Assembly (NCBI RefSeq): GCF_016127575.1 | Contig: NZ_CP066020.1 | Location: 240,001-272,000 of the forward strand | DNA from: Cupriavidus necator | GTDB taxonomy: Bacteria > Pseudomonadota > Gammaproteobacteria > Burkholderiales > Burkholderiaceae | Length of the DNA stretch: 32,000 bases | Direction: 5' to 3' | Part shown: piece by piece, positions 1-8,311 of the stretch | Layout of the letters: every line of letters starts with the position of its first letter | How positions within the stretch are numbered: position 1 is the first letter of the stretch | Translations under genes and position numbers: made by a program | The notes under the pieces: generated by a model | Database searches by the model: none | What the model was told of the DNA's origin: nothing | The model's input: the letters and a program-made list of their open reading frames with translations, nothing else

Positions 1-1
1 T

Positions 2-145
2 CAATATCGACAGCTGGTTGGGTCTTCCTCTGGCTTTTCTGCGCGTCTGGCAGAGTGGCGCCAACAGCATTTGACAGAAGAGAATGAGAGCGATCCCTTT
101 GCGCAAGTACGCCAACCCGATGGGGGAAGAGAATTCTCATGGTGA
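2..145 (+). CDS. 3' end of an antitoxin gene (VapB/Phd-type partner of the downstream PIN toxin); the 5' end lies outside the window
   Basis: The frame starting at nt 2 is open to TGA 143-145, and this stop overlaps the vapC ATG (139) in ATGGTGA. The translation ends ...RLAEWRQQHLTEENESDPFAQVRQPDGGREFSW, an acidic then basic tail typical of antitoxin C-termini that bind PIN toxins. Confidence 0.5.
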   Translation, partial: QYRQLVGSSSGFSARLAEWRQQHLTEENESDPFAQVRQPDGGREFSW

Positions 146-564
146 GCGCCGTGAGTTGGTTGCTCGACACCAACATTGTTTCAGAGGCCATGCGGCCGAG
201 ACCTGAGGTCGCGGTAACGGACAATTTGGCCCGCTACGAGGGGGAGCTAGCAATTCCGGCCCCGGTCTGGCACGAACTCCGTTATGGCTGGTTGCGCATG
301 CCGGATGGCCAACGGAAGGACGCAGTTGGCCGTTTTGTGCAAGATGTCGTGGGCACTTTGCCAGTCTTGCCTTACGACGCTGCCGCAGCGCGGATCCACG
401 CGGAGCTGCGCCAGTCACGCGAGCGGGCTGGATTCACATTGCCATTCGTGGATGGGCAGATTGCATCGGTTGCGATAGCGCATGGGCTAACCTTGGTGAC
501 ACGCAATACGAAGGATTTTTCGGAATTGACTGGTTTGCGGCTGGCGAACTGGTTCGTCCCCTGA
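139..564 (+). CDS. vapC: PIN-domain toxin, VapC/FitB-like ribonuclease
   Basis: 141 aa. It has the N-terminal LLDTNIVSE acidic motif, and the later FVDGQIA and TRNTKDF motifs are typical of PIN catalytic residues. The start overlaps the upstream small ORF. Confidence 0.85.
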   Translation: MVSAVSWLLDTNIVSEAMRPRPEVAVTDNLARYEGELAIPAPVWHELRYGWLRMPDGQRKDAVGRFVQDVVGTLPVLPYDAAAARIHAELRQSRERAGFTLPFVDGQIASVAIAHGLTLVTRNTKDFSELTGLRLANWFVP

Positions 565-1381
565 TTGCCGCGAGGACGAGGCGATCATCAAGGCAGCCAT
601 CGACGCCGGCCAGGAAAAAGGCATTCAGCAGCCAGGCCGATCTGCGCAAGCTGATTGGTGTCGACCTGGCGTAATGAACTGGAACAGCACGGAAAAACGG
701 AAGGATGGTGCTGACGTTGAAAGATGGAGAACCGCAACCGGCGATGGACGTTAGATGACATGTCGCCGCTGCGACCGGGCATCCACGTGTGGGCCATGGA
801 TGCAAAGCCCGCTATGCCCGGGAAGACGCGGCTGGTTGAAGAGTTTCGTTCTCGGCAATTATTTCTCTTGCGGCGTTTCGCGAATCCTTTTGCGGAGACG
901 ATGAGACAGATCTTGGATCCTGGCGTGTCGGCGTTGCGTAGTCTCCTGCGCTGGGAAACAATCGGTTGGAGGAAGTGCTGGGGCCAACAACGTGGATATC
1001 CGCTTTAATCGCAACCTAAGCGCTGGCTCCGCGCGCGTAACTCGCCACGTCATCTTGACCCCTGCAATAGTGGCTGATCTGGTCAGTCCGCGGCTCGGCT
1101 CGCTGCGGCTTTGAACGCCGAGGACTGTCGCCGTCAGGCGCGCCGCGTGCGCCTCCGCGCGATCACGGGCGAAGCTGGAGGGGCTGCTGCCACGCGCCCG
1201 CCCGCCTCGCCGCGGCCTCCTTGTTCTAGCCCATGGGGCCAGGAACAAATTCTGCAAAAACCGAACGCGGTGCAGCAGCTTGTGGAGCGCCGCCTTGCGC
1301 TTTGCGATGGGCCAGTCGCGGATGTGGCCCGCACAGTTCCGCAACATGAAGGCAATTTAGGGCGCACGGTGGATTCTCTCC

Positions 1382-1424
1382 AATTGTCTACGCAGGGCGT
1401 AGACAATTCTGCGTACAATGTCTA
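1382..1424. repeat. Perfect 10-7-10 inverted repeat AATTGTCTAC-GCAGGGC-GTAGACAATT, plus a third related half-site AATGTCTA 8 nt downstream
   Basis: Read directly: 1382-1391 and 1399-1408 are exact reverse complements around a 7-nt spacer, and 1417-1424 repeats the TGTCTA core. This AT-rich island sits about 30-70 nt upstream of the first recombinase ORF. Confidence 0.55.
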
Positions 1425-1450
1425 AATGTGACTTATATTTAACATAATGA

Positions 1451-2791
1451 TTGTTATGCGCGCTGTTGGTATGTCCTGAAGTGTTGCGTGTGGGACGGCA
1501 CGGAGGCTTCAAGTACCGCAACGGAAAAGTGCTTTTATGGTATCTTTCGCCGTTGCGTTTTGTTGTGGGTTTTATGTTCGTTCAGGTCAGCGCCGCCGCC
1601 GTGCCGCGGGCGCTCCGGGGGGTTGCGCTGGTCGACAGCAACCACATGCCCAGGTACTGGGCCGCGGTCTGGCTGGTCATCGCGGGTGCTCAATGGGCAA
1701 AGTCCACGCAGACCATGCGGCTGCGGTACATCGAGAACCTGTATGAGCATGCGGATCGGTCATTCAAGGCGAATGCCCTGGATGACGCGCTATCTGACCT
1801 TGACGATGCCCGGCTTGCGGACATTCTCGAGTCGTGGTTCGTGAGTCTGCGTAATCAGCCTGTCGCCACTCGCAGCAATGAGGACCGGTGGCAGACCGGA
1901 CTGGCATTCGTGACATCGGTGGTCACATGGCTGTCGAAGTCGGCGGACGCGAAGATGCGACAGATCGAAGCGCGCATCCACCGACTATCAACTCTTTACC
2001 GCCAGCTTCACATTCGCCAAGGTGCCCGCAGCGAGACCGTTCGGTCGTTGCCCTCCAGTGTGGTCGAGAGTCTCTATCAGATCCTGGATCCGGAATCGGA
2101 TGCCAATCCCTTCCAGCGCGCGCACACGCGCTGGCGGGTCTTCATCGCGTTCGTGCTGATGCTGCATCAGGGTCTGCGCCGCGGCGAACTGTTGCTGCTG
2201 CCAGCGGACGCCATCAAGAGCAGCTATGACCGCGAACTTGGCCGGACAAGGTACTGGCTGAACGTCCGGCAAAACGAGTATGAAGAAGTCGGCAGCGACA
2301 GCCGTTACTCGAAACCCAGCATCAAAACGCGCCATTCGGTCAGGCAAATTCCCGTCAGCGACGCAACGGCGGGCCTGGTGCAGATCTATTGCGAAAATTA
2401 CCGGGGCCGGCCTTCCCATTCGTTCATGTTAAGCGCCCAGACTGGCGGCCCTCTTTCCACAGAGTCGTTGACGAAGATCTTTACAACGATATCGAAAGCG
2501 TTGCCAGCTGATGTGCTGAAGGAACTGCACGACCGCACCGAAAAGAAGTCGGTCACCTGCCATGACCTCCGGCATACCAGCGCCGTATTGCGGCTTCACC
2601 AGTTGCTGGAGCGAGGCGACTCGATGCCCGAAGCGCTGCAGAAACTGCGTACATTCTTCGGATGGTCGAAAGAGTCGGACATGCCTTCGCGCTATGCCAG
2701 GGCTGTCTTTGAAAGCCGACTCGCGAGCGTATGGAACGACGCGTTCGATGATCGTGTGGCCTTGCTGCGCGCGCTGCCGCAGGGACGCTGA
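1451..2791 (+). CDS. Tyrosine recombinase (phage-integrase family), first of the pair
   Basis: The catalytic signature is present: GLRRGELLLL (Arg I), CHDLRHTSAVLRL (H-x-x-R) and SRYARAV (Tyr). The start is uncertain: the TTG at 1451 comes from the ORF track, and an in-frame ATG at about 1574 (MFVQV...) is also possible. Confidence 0.85.
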   Translation: MLCALLVCPEVLRVGRHGGFKYRNGKVLLWYLSPLRFVVGFMFVQVSAAAVPRALRGVALVDSNHMPRYWAAVWLVIAGAQWAKSTQTMRLRYIENLYEHADRSFKANALDDALSDLDDARLADILESWFVSLRNQPVATRSNEDRWQTGLAFVTSVVTWLSKSADAKMRQIEARIHRLSTLYRQLHIRQGARSETVRSLPSSVVESLYQILDPESDANPFQRAHTRWRVFIAFVLMLHQGLRRGELLLLPADAIKSSYDRELGRTRYWLNVRQNEYEEVGSDSRYSKPSIKTRHSVRQIPVSDATAGLVQIYCENYRGRPSHSFMLSAQTGGPLSTESLTKIFTTISKALPADVLKELHDRTEKKSVTCHDLRHTSAVLRLHQLLERGDSMPEALQKLRTFFGWSKESDMPSRYARAVFESRLASVWNDAFDDRVALLRALPQGR

Positions 2792-2793
2792 TC

Positions 2794-4326
2794 ATGCTAG
2801 AGGTCTTCCCTTCCCGGCTTCGTGGGCAAGCCGGGCCATCGGTGCTCGAAAGCATGGTGGCGTCATTGCCGGAGCTACCGCCCGTTGTACGCTACTACGA
2901 CGACTTCGACGACAAACTCCGCTCCATTCCGGCAGTCGGTCAGACAGATGTCTTTGGGCTTCACCTCAATGGTCGGATGGGCCGGCTCGACTTCGGCCGG
3001 TATCCTGCTGTCTATGGCGCTCTGCAGAAGCATCTACTGGTCTTCCTGCTGGGCGAAGACGTGCATATCTCGACCTGCTTCAATGTATTGAGCGCAGCAA
3101 TGCATCTCGAGGTGCATGACGTCGACCGCGTTGTTGCAGCCGGCCCAACCCGCATAGCAACGATATGGATGGCGCTGCGCGCCTGTCAGTTGCCGGTTCA
3201 TGCCTATCGTTTCGTTAAGACGGTTCTGCGGCTGCTATGCAGGCATCGCCTGCACGGGTGGTCCGAGTCGTATCTGACCTATGTCAGCGCCGCCCTGCCC
3301 GGCCCCGCGTCGGACTCATATGCTGGTGTGCGGTCAGGGGATGTCTTCCTGAGCGCTGATGAAGAAGCTGTGATCGTTCGCTACCTGGACGAAACATCGG
3401 ATCTCGTGAGGACCCGAGGCTGGTCAGGCGTCGCGCATGACAAGCTTTGCGAGGCCGCGATGGTGCTCTGTTCCTATCAGTTCGCCATGCGCCCCATTCA
3501 GGTCGCGATGCTGACGAGGCGTGATGTACGGGTCTGGCAGCCAGAACCCGGCGGCGAACCGGCTGTTCACCTCACGTTCGTCATGGTCAAGCAACGGGGA
3601 CGGCTTCGCAAAAGGCCGATGGTCCGTCGTGTGAAACAAGAGTGGGCGGTGCTGTTCACGGCCCCGGTGGCACATGCAGACTTGCACGGTCGCGACGCGA
3701 GCGATCGCGTCTTCGACGTCAGATCCAATCGTGAAGCCGGCTCTCGCATTGCCCGCTGCGTGGAACGCCTCATCGGGGATGACGCTTGCGCGATGGACCT
3801 TCGCCATACGGCAGCCCAACGCCTTGTTGACGCTGGTGCAAGCCACGAGGAGCTCGCCGAGTTCATGGGACATTCCGATGTACGGACCGGGCTGGTGTAC
3901 TTTGCGGCGTCAGCCTCTCACGCGGAACGGGTCAACCGGGCACTCGGCGCGTCAGAGATATACCGGCGGGTGGCAAAGATCGCGCACGACCGGTTCATCT
4001 CCCCGGAAGAACTCACCCAGCTCAAGGGAGAACAGCAGATCGCCGGCGTGCCTCACGGCATCCCGATCGCCGGCATCGGCGGCTGCACGTCGGGGCAACC
4101 AGCCTGCCCTTACAACCCGGTGACGTCGTGCTATGGGTGCAGGAAGTTTATGCCTTTGCACGACAAAACGATGCACGAAAGTGTATTGGCCGCAATGCGT
4201 GAAGTAGTCTCGCTCTTCGAGCAGAGTTCCCGTGGTGATGCCCGATCGCCGGCCTACCTGCAACTGCAGCGCACGATCGCCGAAATACAGGCGGTCATCG
4301 ACCAGTTGGAAGGCGAGCGCCGATGA
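2794..4326 (+). CDS. Tyrosine recombinase (second, larger) with a C-terminal four-Cys motif and coiled-coil tail
   Basis: 510 aa. It carries AMRPIQVAMLTRRDV (Arg I), MDLRHTAAQRL (H-x-x-R) and RTGLVYF (Tyr). The C-terminus reads GGCTSGQPACPYNPVTSCYGCRKF followed by a helical tail. Confidence 0.85.
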   Translation: MLEVFPSRLRGQAGPSVLESMVASLPELPPVVRYYDDFDDKLRSIPAVGQTDVFGLHLNGRMGRLDFGRYPAVYGALQKHLLVFLLGEDVHISTCFNVLSAAMHLEVHDVDRVVAAGPTRIATIWMALRACQLPVHAYRFVKTVLRLLCRHRLHGWSESYLTYVSAALPGPASDSYAGVRSGDVFLSADEEAVIVRYLDETSDLVRTRGWSGVAHDKLCEAAMVLCSYQFAMRPIQVAMLTRRDVRVWQPEPGGEPAVHLTFVMVKQRGRLRKRPMVRRVKQEWAVLFTAPVAHADLHGRDASDRVFDVRSNREAGSRIARCVERLIGDDACAMDLRHTAAQRLVDAGASHEELAEFMGHSDVRTGLVYFAASASHAERVNRALGASEIYRRVAKIAHDRFISPEELTQLKGEQQIAGVPHGIPIAGIGGCTSGQPACPYNPVTSCYGCRKFMPLHDKTMHESVLAAMREVVSLFEQSSRGDARSPAYLQLQRTIAEIQAVIDQLEGERR

Positions 4327-4937
4327 ACCCACACTACTCTGCCTTCATCGAGTTGGGCAAGGCACTCGTCCGTGAAAAGAGCCTGCAGTGGGACATACCT
4401 TTGGACAGCCTGGCGGAGGATCTTGACCAGATCGAAATTCCACAGGACGTCGAGATCCTGCTCGGCGAAAAAGCCGGCACGGTTGCCCGGCTCATCAAGG
4501 GTGGCAAGGCCAGCGGTCCGATCGTCGATGCCTTCCGGCGCATCCAGAAAACGGAAGGTGACGCGGCCGCATACGAGTACCTGCGTGCCGAAGCAGACGG
4601 ATTCCATGCTACCCCTTATGGGCACTGCCTGAACTCATTCACGGTCGATCCGTGCGCCAAGCATCTGGAATGCTTCGCCGACTGTCGCCACCTCTCGGCC
4701 ACTGACCTGCCAGAGCACAGGCGGAATCTGATTCGGCTCGAGGGCCAGCTCAAGCTTGCCGTGGAAACGATCAAGGCCCGCCCATCGACCAGCATTGGTT
4801 GGAAAAACCAGCTCGACCACGCGGAAAAGCGGCTCGCTGGGGTGCAAGGGCTGCTCCAAACGCAGCCGGGCAAGCGTCCCTTCCCCGATGGCATTGACCT
4901 CTCCTTGCCCCGACGACGGGGAGTACTTGATGAATAA
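4323..4937 (+). CDS. Accessory protein of the recombinase operon (no recombinase motifs; four-Cys motif similar to the C-terminus of the preceding recombinase)
   Basis: 204 aa with an ATGA start/stop overlap with the upstream gene. It contains YGHCLNSFTVDPCAKHLECFADCRHL followed by a predicted helical region. Codon third positions are GC-rich. Confidence 0.6.
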   Translation: MNPHYSAFIELGKALVREKSLQWDIPLDSLAEDLDQIEIPQDVEILLGEKAGTVARLIKGGKASGPIVDAFRRIQKTEGDAAAYEYLRAEADGFHATPYGHCLNSFTVDPCAKHLECFADCRHLSATDLPEHRRNLIRLEGQLKLAVETIKARPSTSIGWKNQLDHAEKRLAGVQGLLQTQPGKRPFPDGIDLSLPRRRGVLDE

Positions 4938-5409
4938 AACCAATGAAGTGTCGTCGGCCGACGACGGGAAAATGCGTGAGATCCTTGAGGTGTTGCTGAC
5001 CGACGACGAGGACATCACGGCGCGCGCCGTCGCCCGACTGCATCCGTCCATCAGGGCAGCGTCGTCGATCACCCGCAGCGAGTCACGCCGCAGGCTGCTT
5101 GCCGAGTATCAGCAGCGCCAAGCGGAATACCGGCGTTGGCGTGGCCGCGCTGCCAAGCAATCTGGCGCTGACATGGCTGCGACGCTTGCCGACAAGGACC
5201 TCCGGATTGCGGAGCTTGAAGCCACCGTGCAATTGCTAACGGCTTCCCACGTCGCTACGCTACGTGCAGTTGGCGAACTGGGCGGATTCAGCAAGTGGGC
5301 CAGATTTTACGAGCAGTATCGCGACGCCCGGGACAAGCTTGCAGAACTCGGCGCCATACCCGAAGCGGCAATCGTCCCGATGCAGGAGAACTCTAAACGC
5401 CGGAACTAA
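4930..5409 (+). CDS. Coiled-coil accessory protein, in the position of Tn554 TnpC
   Basis: I chose the in-frame ATG at 4930 inside track ORF 4756..5409, because it overlaps the stop (4935-4937) of the upstream gene. 159 aa, charged and helical (AEYQQRQAEYRRWRG, DLRIAELEATVQLL). Confidence 0.5.
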   Translation: MNKTNEVSSADDGKMREILEVLLTDDEDITARAVARLHPSIRAASSITRSESRRRLLAEYQQRQAEYRRWRGRAAKQSGADMAATLADKDLRIAELEATVQLLTASHVATLRAVGELGGFSKWARFYEQYRDARDKLAELGAIPEAAIVPMQENSKRRN

Positions 5410-5520
5410 GCGCGGCGAAGATGAATGCCTCCGGCGTGATACTGTTTGCATTGATGCTCGCAGCCACGAAATGGCTGCGGTTCCGCGGCGGAAGCCGTCT
5501 CTCTCCCGAAAGGAGCGTTC

Positions 5521-6021
5521 ATGTCCTATTGCCCCTTCTTCCAGACCCTGCATGACGAAACTCGCCCTGTGGGCAACCTCGGCCGGGGAACACACTACTC
5601 CATCCTGCGGGCGCCGGTCTGGCATGACGAGCTTCTGAACCGGCTCGATCGCTGTGCATTCCTTGACCTCGCGGTCATCTGGGACGAGGACCATGACGAT
5701 CGCGTGATCGACGCGCTCATGATGCTCTACGTCGGCGGCCTGCTCTCCCCTGTGCGGTATATCGGGGAGCGCAAGGGTACGCTCTCTGTGTTGTTGGCTC
5801 CAGATGCAATGCGGACCTGGACCCCGAAGGCGCTGCAGCAGTATCGCGACGATATCGAGAATGTTTGCCAGTGCCTGGAAGATCCGTGGACGGCAAAAGT
5901 TGACGCCATCGATGGGCGCGAGCACTCGATCATCCACAGTTCGGCCGAGAACGTCTCCATATATCTGCGCAACATCGACGTGCTGTGGGAACTGGGGGTC
6001 AAACCAAAGACGCGATCGTAG
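5521..6021 (+). CDS. Hypothetical protein
   Basis: 166 aa. A strong SD (AAGGAG) lies 5-6 nt before the ATG, and GC3 is high. The competing minus-strand ORF 5260..5937 is Arg/His-rich and looks like an antisense shadow. I recognise no family. Confidence 0.55.
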   Translation: MSYCPFFQTLHDETRPVGNLGRGTHYSILRAPVWHDELLNRLDRCAFLDLAVIWDEDHDDRVIDALMMLYVGGLLSPVRYIGERKGTLSVLLAPDAMRTWTPKALQQYRDDIENVCQCLEDPWTAKVDAIDGREHSIIHSSAENVSIYLRNIDVLWELGVKPKTRS

Positions 6022-6036
6022 TCCCGCGCCTTAGTG

Positions 6037-6235
6037 CGCAACACGCAACACCGCAGTCGTCAGACTCCCGGCCTGGCGTGTCCTTCCGTTGCGCCTCCAC
6101 ACAAAACTCAACGCAACGAAGACGGGTGCCACGGGCACGCAACACATGCCAGCCAAAAAAGTGGGCGCCCTGTGGATCACTCGGCCGTCTTCCGCCTGAG
6201 ATACAACAAAAACGGAACACCCGAACCAACGCAAC
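6037..6235. repeat. Iteron-like cluster: five direct copies of (A)CGCAAC(A/G) plus one inverted copy in a 200-bp non-coding stretch
   Basis: CGCAAC occurs at 6037, 6044 (tandem CGCAACACGCAACA), 6112, 6138 and 6230. An inverted GTTGCG lies at 6088-6093. A-rich tracts lie between the copies (AGCCAAAAAAG, ACAACAAAAAC). Confidence 0.6.
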
Positions 6236-6304
6236 GCTAGGCCGTAGGTGCCAAGAATGCGCGCTGAGCCGTATAAGTCACTTTAGCCTAGAGGCCGGCG
6301 ATAC

Positions 6305-6327
6305 ATTGGGATCAATTGGGCTATAAT
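6305..6327 (+). promoter_or_regulatory. Candidate promoter/operator of the Xre-RES pair: direct repeat ATTGGG-N4-ATTGGG abutting a TATAAT hexamer
   Basis: ATTGGG at 6305-6310 and 6315-6320 (10-bp phasing), then TATAAT at 6322-6327, about 30 nt upstream of the ATG at 6358. I found no good -35. Confidence 0.35.
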
Positions 6328-6357
6328 TAGGTATCAACTGATCGACCAGGTGCCGCC

Positions 6358-6786
6358 ATGCTAGTCGTCTCGCCCGAGAATATCAGCGCCGTGATGGCGC
6401 TGTCGCCGCCCCGGCTATCGATCGCAGAACTGGACGCGGCTGTGCGCGAAGGCCTCCCCAAGTCCGCGCTGCGCGAGATCGTCGACCACGTCGTACGCAC
6501 TTCCGAGGAGCGCCGTGCATTGATGTCCCGCATCGTGCCAGAGGCCACTTTCAAACGCCGCAGGGATCGACTCACCCCGGACGAATCGGAAAAGACCGAG
6601 CGGCTGGCGCGGATCTTTGCCACCGCGAACTTCGTCTGGGACGATGAGGACGACGCGCGGGCGTTTCTCAATGCCGCCCATCCGCTGCTCGGCGGCAGTA
6701 AGCCGTTGGACGTGGCCATGACGGAGCTCGGCGCCAGGCGCGTTGAGGAACTGTTGTGGCGGCTCTTCTACGGCATGTCCGCCTGA
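6358..6786 (+). CDS. Antitoxin of a RES-Xre pair (Xre/MbcA/ParS-type, DUF2384 toxin-binding domain)
   Basis: 142 aa. The C-terminal AFLNAAHPLLGGSKPLDVAMTELGARRVEELLWRLFYG matches the characteristic DUF2384 end. The stop TGA 6784-6786 overlaps the toxin ATG by 1 nt. Confidence 0.85.
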   Translation: MLVVSPENISAVMALSPPRLSIAELDAAVREGLPKSALREIVDHVVRTSEERRALMSRIVPEATFKRRRDRLTPDESEKTERLARIFATANFVWDDEDDARAFLNAAHPLLGGSKPLDVAMTELGARRVEELLWRLFYGMSA

Positions 6787-7253
6787 TGCGGATCTTTCGG
6801 ATTGCGGACCGTCGGCACGAGGTCTGGAACGGCACGGGCGCCATGCTGGTCGGCGGGCGCTTCAACAGCCCCGGGCGGCCAGTGATCTATGGCGCCTTGA
6901 GCTTCGCTGGCGCAATGCTTGAGGTGCTGGTGCATGCCCGAATCGGCAAGGTCCCGCGCCATCACGTCTTGGTGATCGGCTCGGTGCCTGAAGACGTGTC
7001 GGTCGAACGAGTCGATGTCGGCCAGCTGCCAACCGGCTGGGACACGCAGGAAGACCCCCGTGCCGCCAGAAGCTTTGGTGATCGCTGGCTGGCCGAGGGC
7101 CGCTCCGCAGTCCTGCTGGTGCCGTCCGTGGTAGCTCGCGGGGAATGGAACGCTCTGGTCAATCCCACGCATCCTGACGCCCCACGGATCCAAGTTTCCG
7201 CGCCGGAGCCTGTGCAATGGGATGACAGGCTTTTTACGCCTCATTCGTTGTAA
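6786..7253 (+). CDS. RES-domain toxin (MbcT/ParT/PrsT family NAD-utilising toxin)
   Basis: I chose the in-frame ATG at 6786 within track ORF 6756..7253. MRIFRI...GGRFNSPG (Arg), MLEVLVH (Glu) and LLVPSVV (Ser) form the R-E-S signature, and ALVNPTHPD is typical of the family. Confidence 0.85.
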   Translation: MRIFRIADRRHEVWNGTGAMLVGGRFNSPGRPVIYGALSFAGAMLEVLVHARIGKVPRHHVLVIGSVPEDVSVERVDVGQLPTGWDTQEDPRAARSFGDRWLAEGRSAVLLVPSVVARGEWNALVNPTHPDAPRIQVSAPEPVQWDDRLFTPHSL

Positions 7254-7481
7254 CGAGGCCGTACGCGCGGCGGCAATAGGCCCCCAGCTGGCGCTTGCGA
7301 GATAGCTGATTTTCGTTTCGGTCGCGGTTGCCGCGGCCATCATGGCGACGCAACCTTCTGCCGTAATGAACAATACCGCGGATGGCGGTAAGGTCCAACA
7401 CTCCCTGAGCTGAGCGCGGCGTACCCTTGACTTTGCCGGTGTGTCGGTAATCTGGAAGCATCATCGTGAATACCGCTTCCC

Positions 7482-7988
7482 ATGCTTACCCCACCCTCGC
7501 AACTGTCCCTGTTCCCGACCCCGTCGAATCGGGCCGCCCTCACCCATGCGCTGGCGCTGTTGCCGCTCGCCTGTTCCGGCACGAAGTTGGACCGCCCGAT
7601 GCGAGCTGCGCTGGCTCGCCGTTATGGCGTGGTCCCGCAGTTGCTGCAGGAGACTGAGGGCGGCATCGGCATGCGGCGGTCCCAGTTCGGCGCCTTCCTG
7701 GATGGCCTAGCGCCGGCATTCGGCGACAGGATCGGCCAACATCCAAACGGCACACCGCTCTATCGCCGGTATGGCGGGATCGAGGCCGGCGCCATCGCCA
7801 GCCTGACCTATCGGGCAGCGCCCTACCTGCCTGCACGCAGGGCGCGCGTGCTGTCGCTCTTCAATGGTCCGAGCGGTCCGACAGCCGACGTCGAGGTCGA
7901 AGAGGTCATACGCGGTCGCACAAAAATTTGCGCGCGCTGGGTCAGCGTCGCGGATCTTCATCCTTTTCCGGTCGAGGTGCCGGCATGA
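7482..7988 (+). CDS. Hypothetical protein
   Basis: 168 aa. GC3 is clearly higher than in the overlapping frame 7466..7657. The stop overlaps the next ORF's ATG (ATGA at 7985-7988). No recognisable SD and no family recognised. Confidence 0.5.
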   Translation: MLTPPSQLSLFPTPSNRAALTHALALLPLACSGTKLDRPMRAALARRYGVVPQLLQETEGGIGMRRSQFGAFLDGLAPAFGDRIGQHPNGTPLYRRYGGIEAGAIASLTYRAAPYLPARRARVLSLFNGPSGPTADVEVEEVIRGRTKICARWVSVADLHPFPVEVPA

Positions 7989-8311
7989 GCGTTTTCGATC
8001 GGCTGCTGCAACAAGAGGCGAACGAACTGTGCCAAACGGGAGCGGGAACGCCCGGGAAGCTCATAGCACTGACTCATGCAGGATTCCGGGCCTGGGCCAA
8101 TCTGACTTTTCCGCCCGAGAAGCGATTTGCGCTTCTGCAAGAAATTCTGCGCTACTGTGCCTCGCAATGTTTGCTGGCCTGCTGCTTCACGCAGGAATAC
8201 CGCTTGCAGGAGATCGCGCCCAGACATGACCATGCCGCCGCATCCCAAGACGCAGGCCATCACCCACCATGTGCCCGAGCATCTGATCGAGGCCTTGCTG
8301 CAGGCGACTGA
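7985..8311 (+). CDS. Hypothetical protein; the 3' part is probably not coding (GC3 drops after about 8220)
   Basis: ATGA coupling to the upstream ORF. The segment LIALTHAGFRAWANL loosely resembles the Arg-I region of integrases. Codon bias switches to the 8226 frame downstream. Confidence 0.3.
   Translation: MSVFDRLLQQEANELCQTGAGTPGKLIALTHAGFRAWANLTFPPEKRFALLQEILRYCASQCLLACCFTQEYRLQEIAPRHDHAAASQDAGHHPPCARASDRGLAAGD

Larger units (their letters stand above)
1451..5409 (+). mobile_element. Multi-recombinase module (two tyrosine recombinases plus two small accessory genes), Tn554 tnpA/tnpB/tnpC-like organisation; element ends undefined
   Basis: Four same-strand genes joined by a 2-nt gap (2791/2794), an ATGA overlap (4323-4326) and an 8-nt overlap (4930-4937). 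Two adjacent Tyr-recombinases followed by small non-recombinase genes is the Tn554-type layout. Confidence 0.5.

Noticed and set aside
859-1347. 162-aa minus-strand ORF (and overlapping plus-strand ORFs) in the 565-1450 spacer
   Set aside because: It has no SD, a very basic low-complexity translation and no recognisable motif. I treat the region as non-coding or unrecognisable debris.
5260-5937. 225-aa minus-strand ORF overlapping ORF 5521..6021
   Set aside because: The plus-strand ORF has a strong SD and better codon bias. The minus ORF is Arg/His-rich and overlaps the 3' end of the recombinase-operon gene.
6277-6286. The 10-mer GTCACTTTAG shared between 6277-6286 and 13830-13839 as possible element ends
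   Set aside because: Hundreds of chance 10-mer pairs are expected in a 32-kb window, and the flanks do not extend the match.
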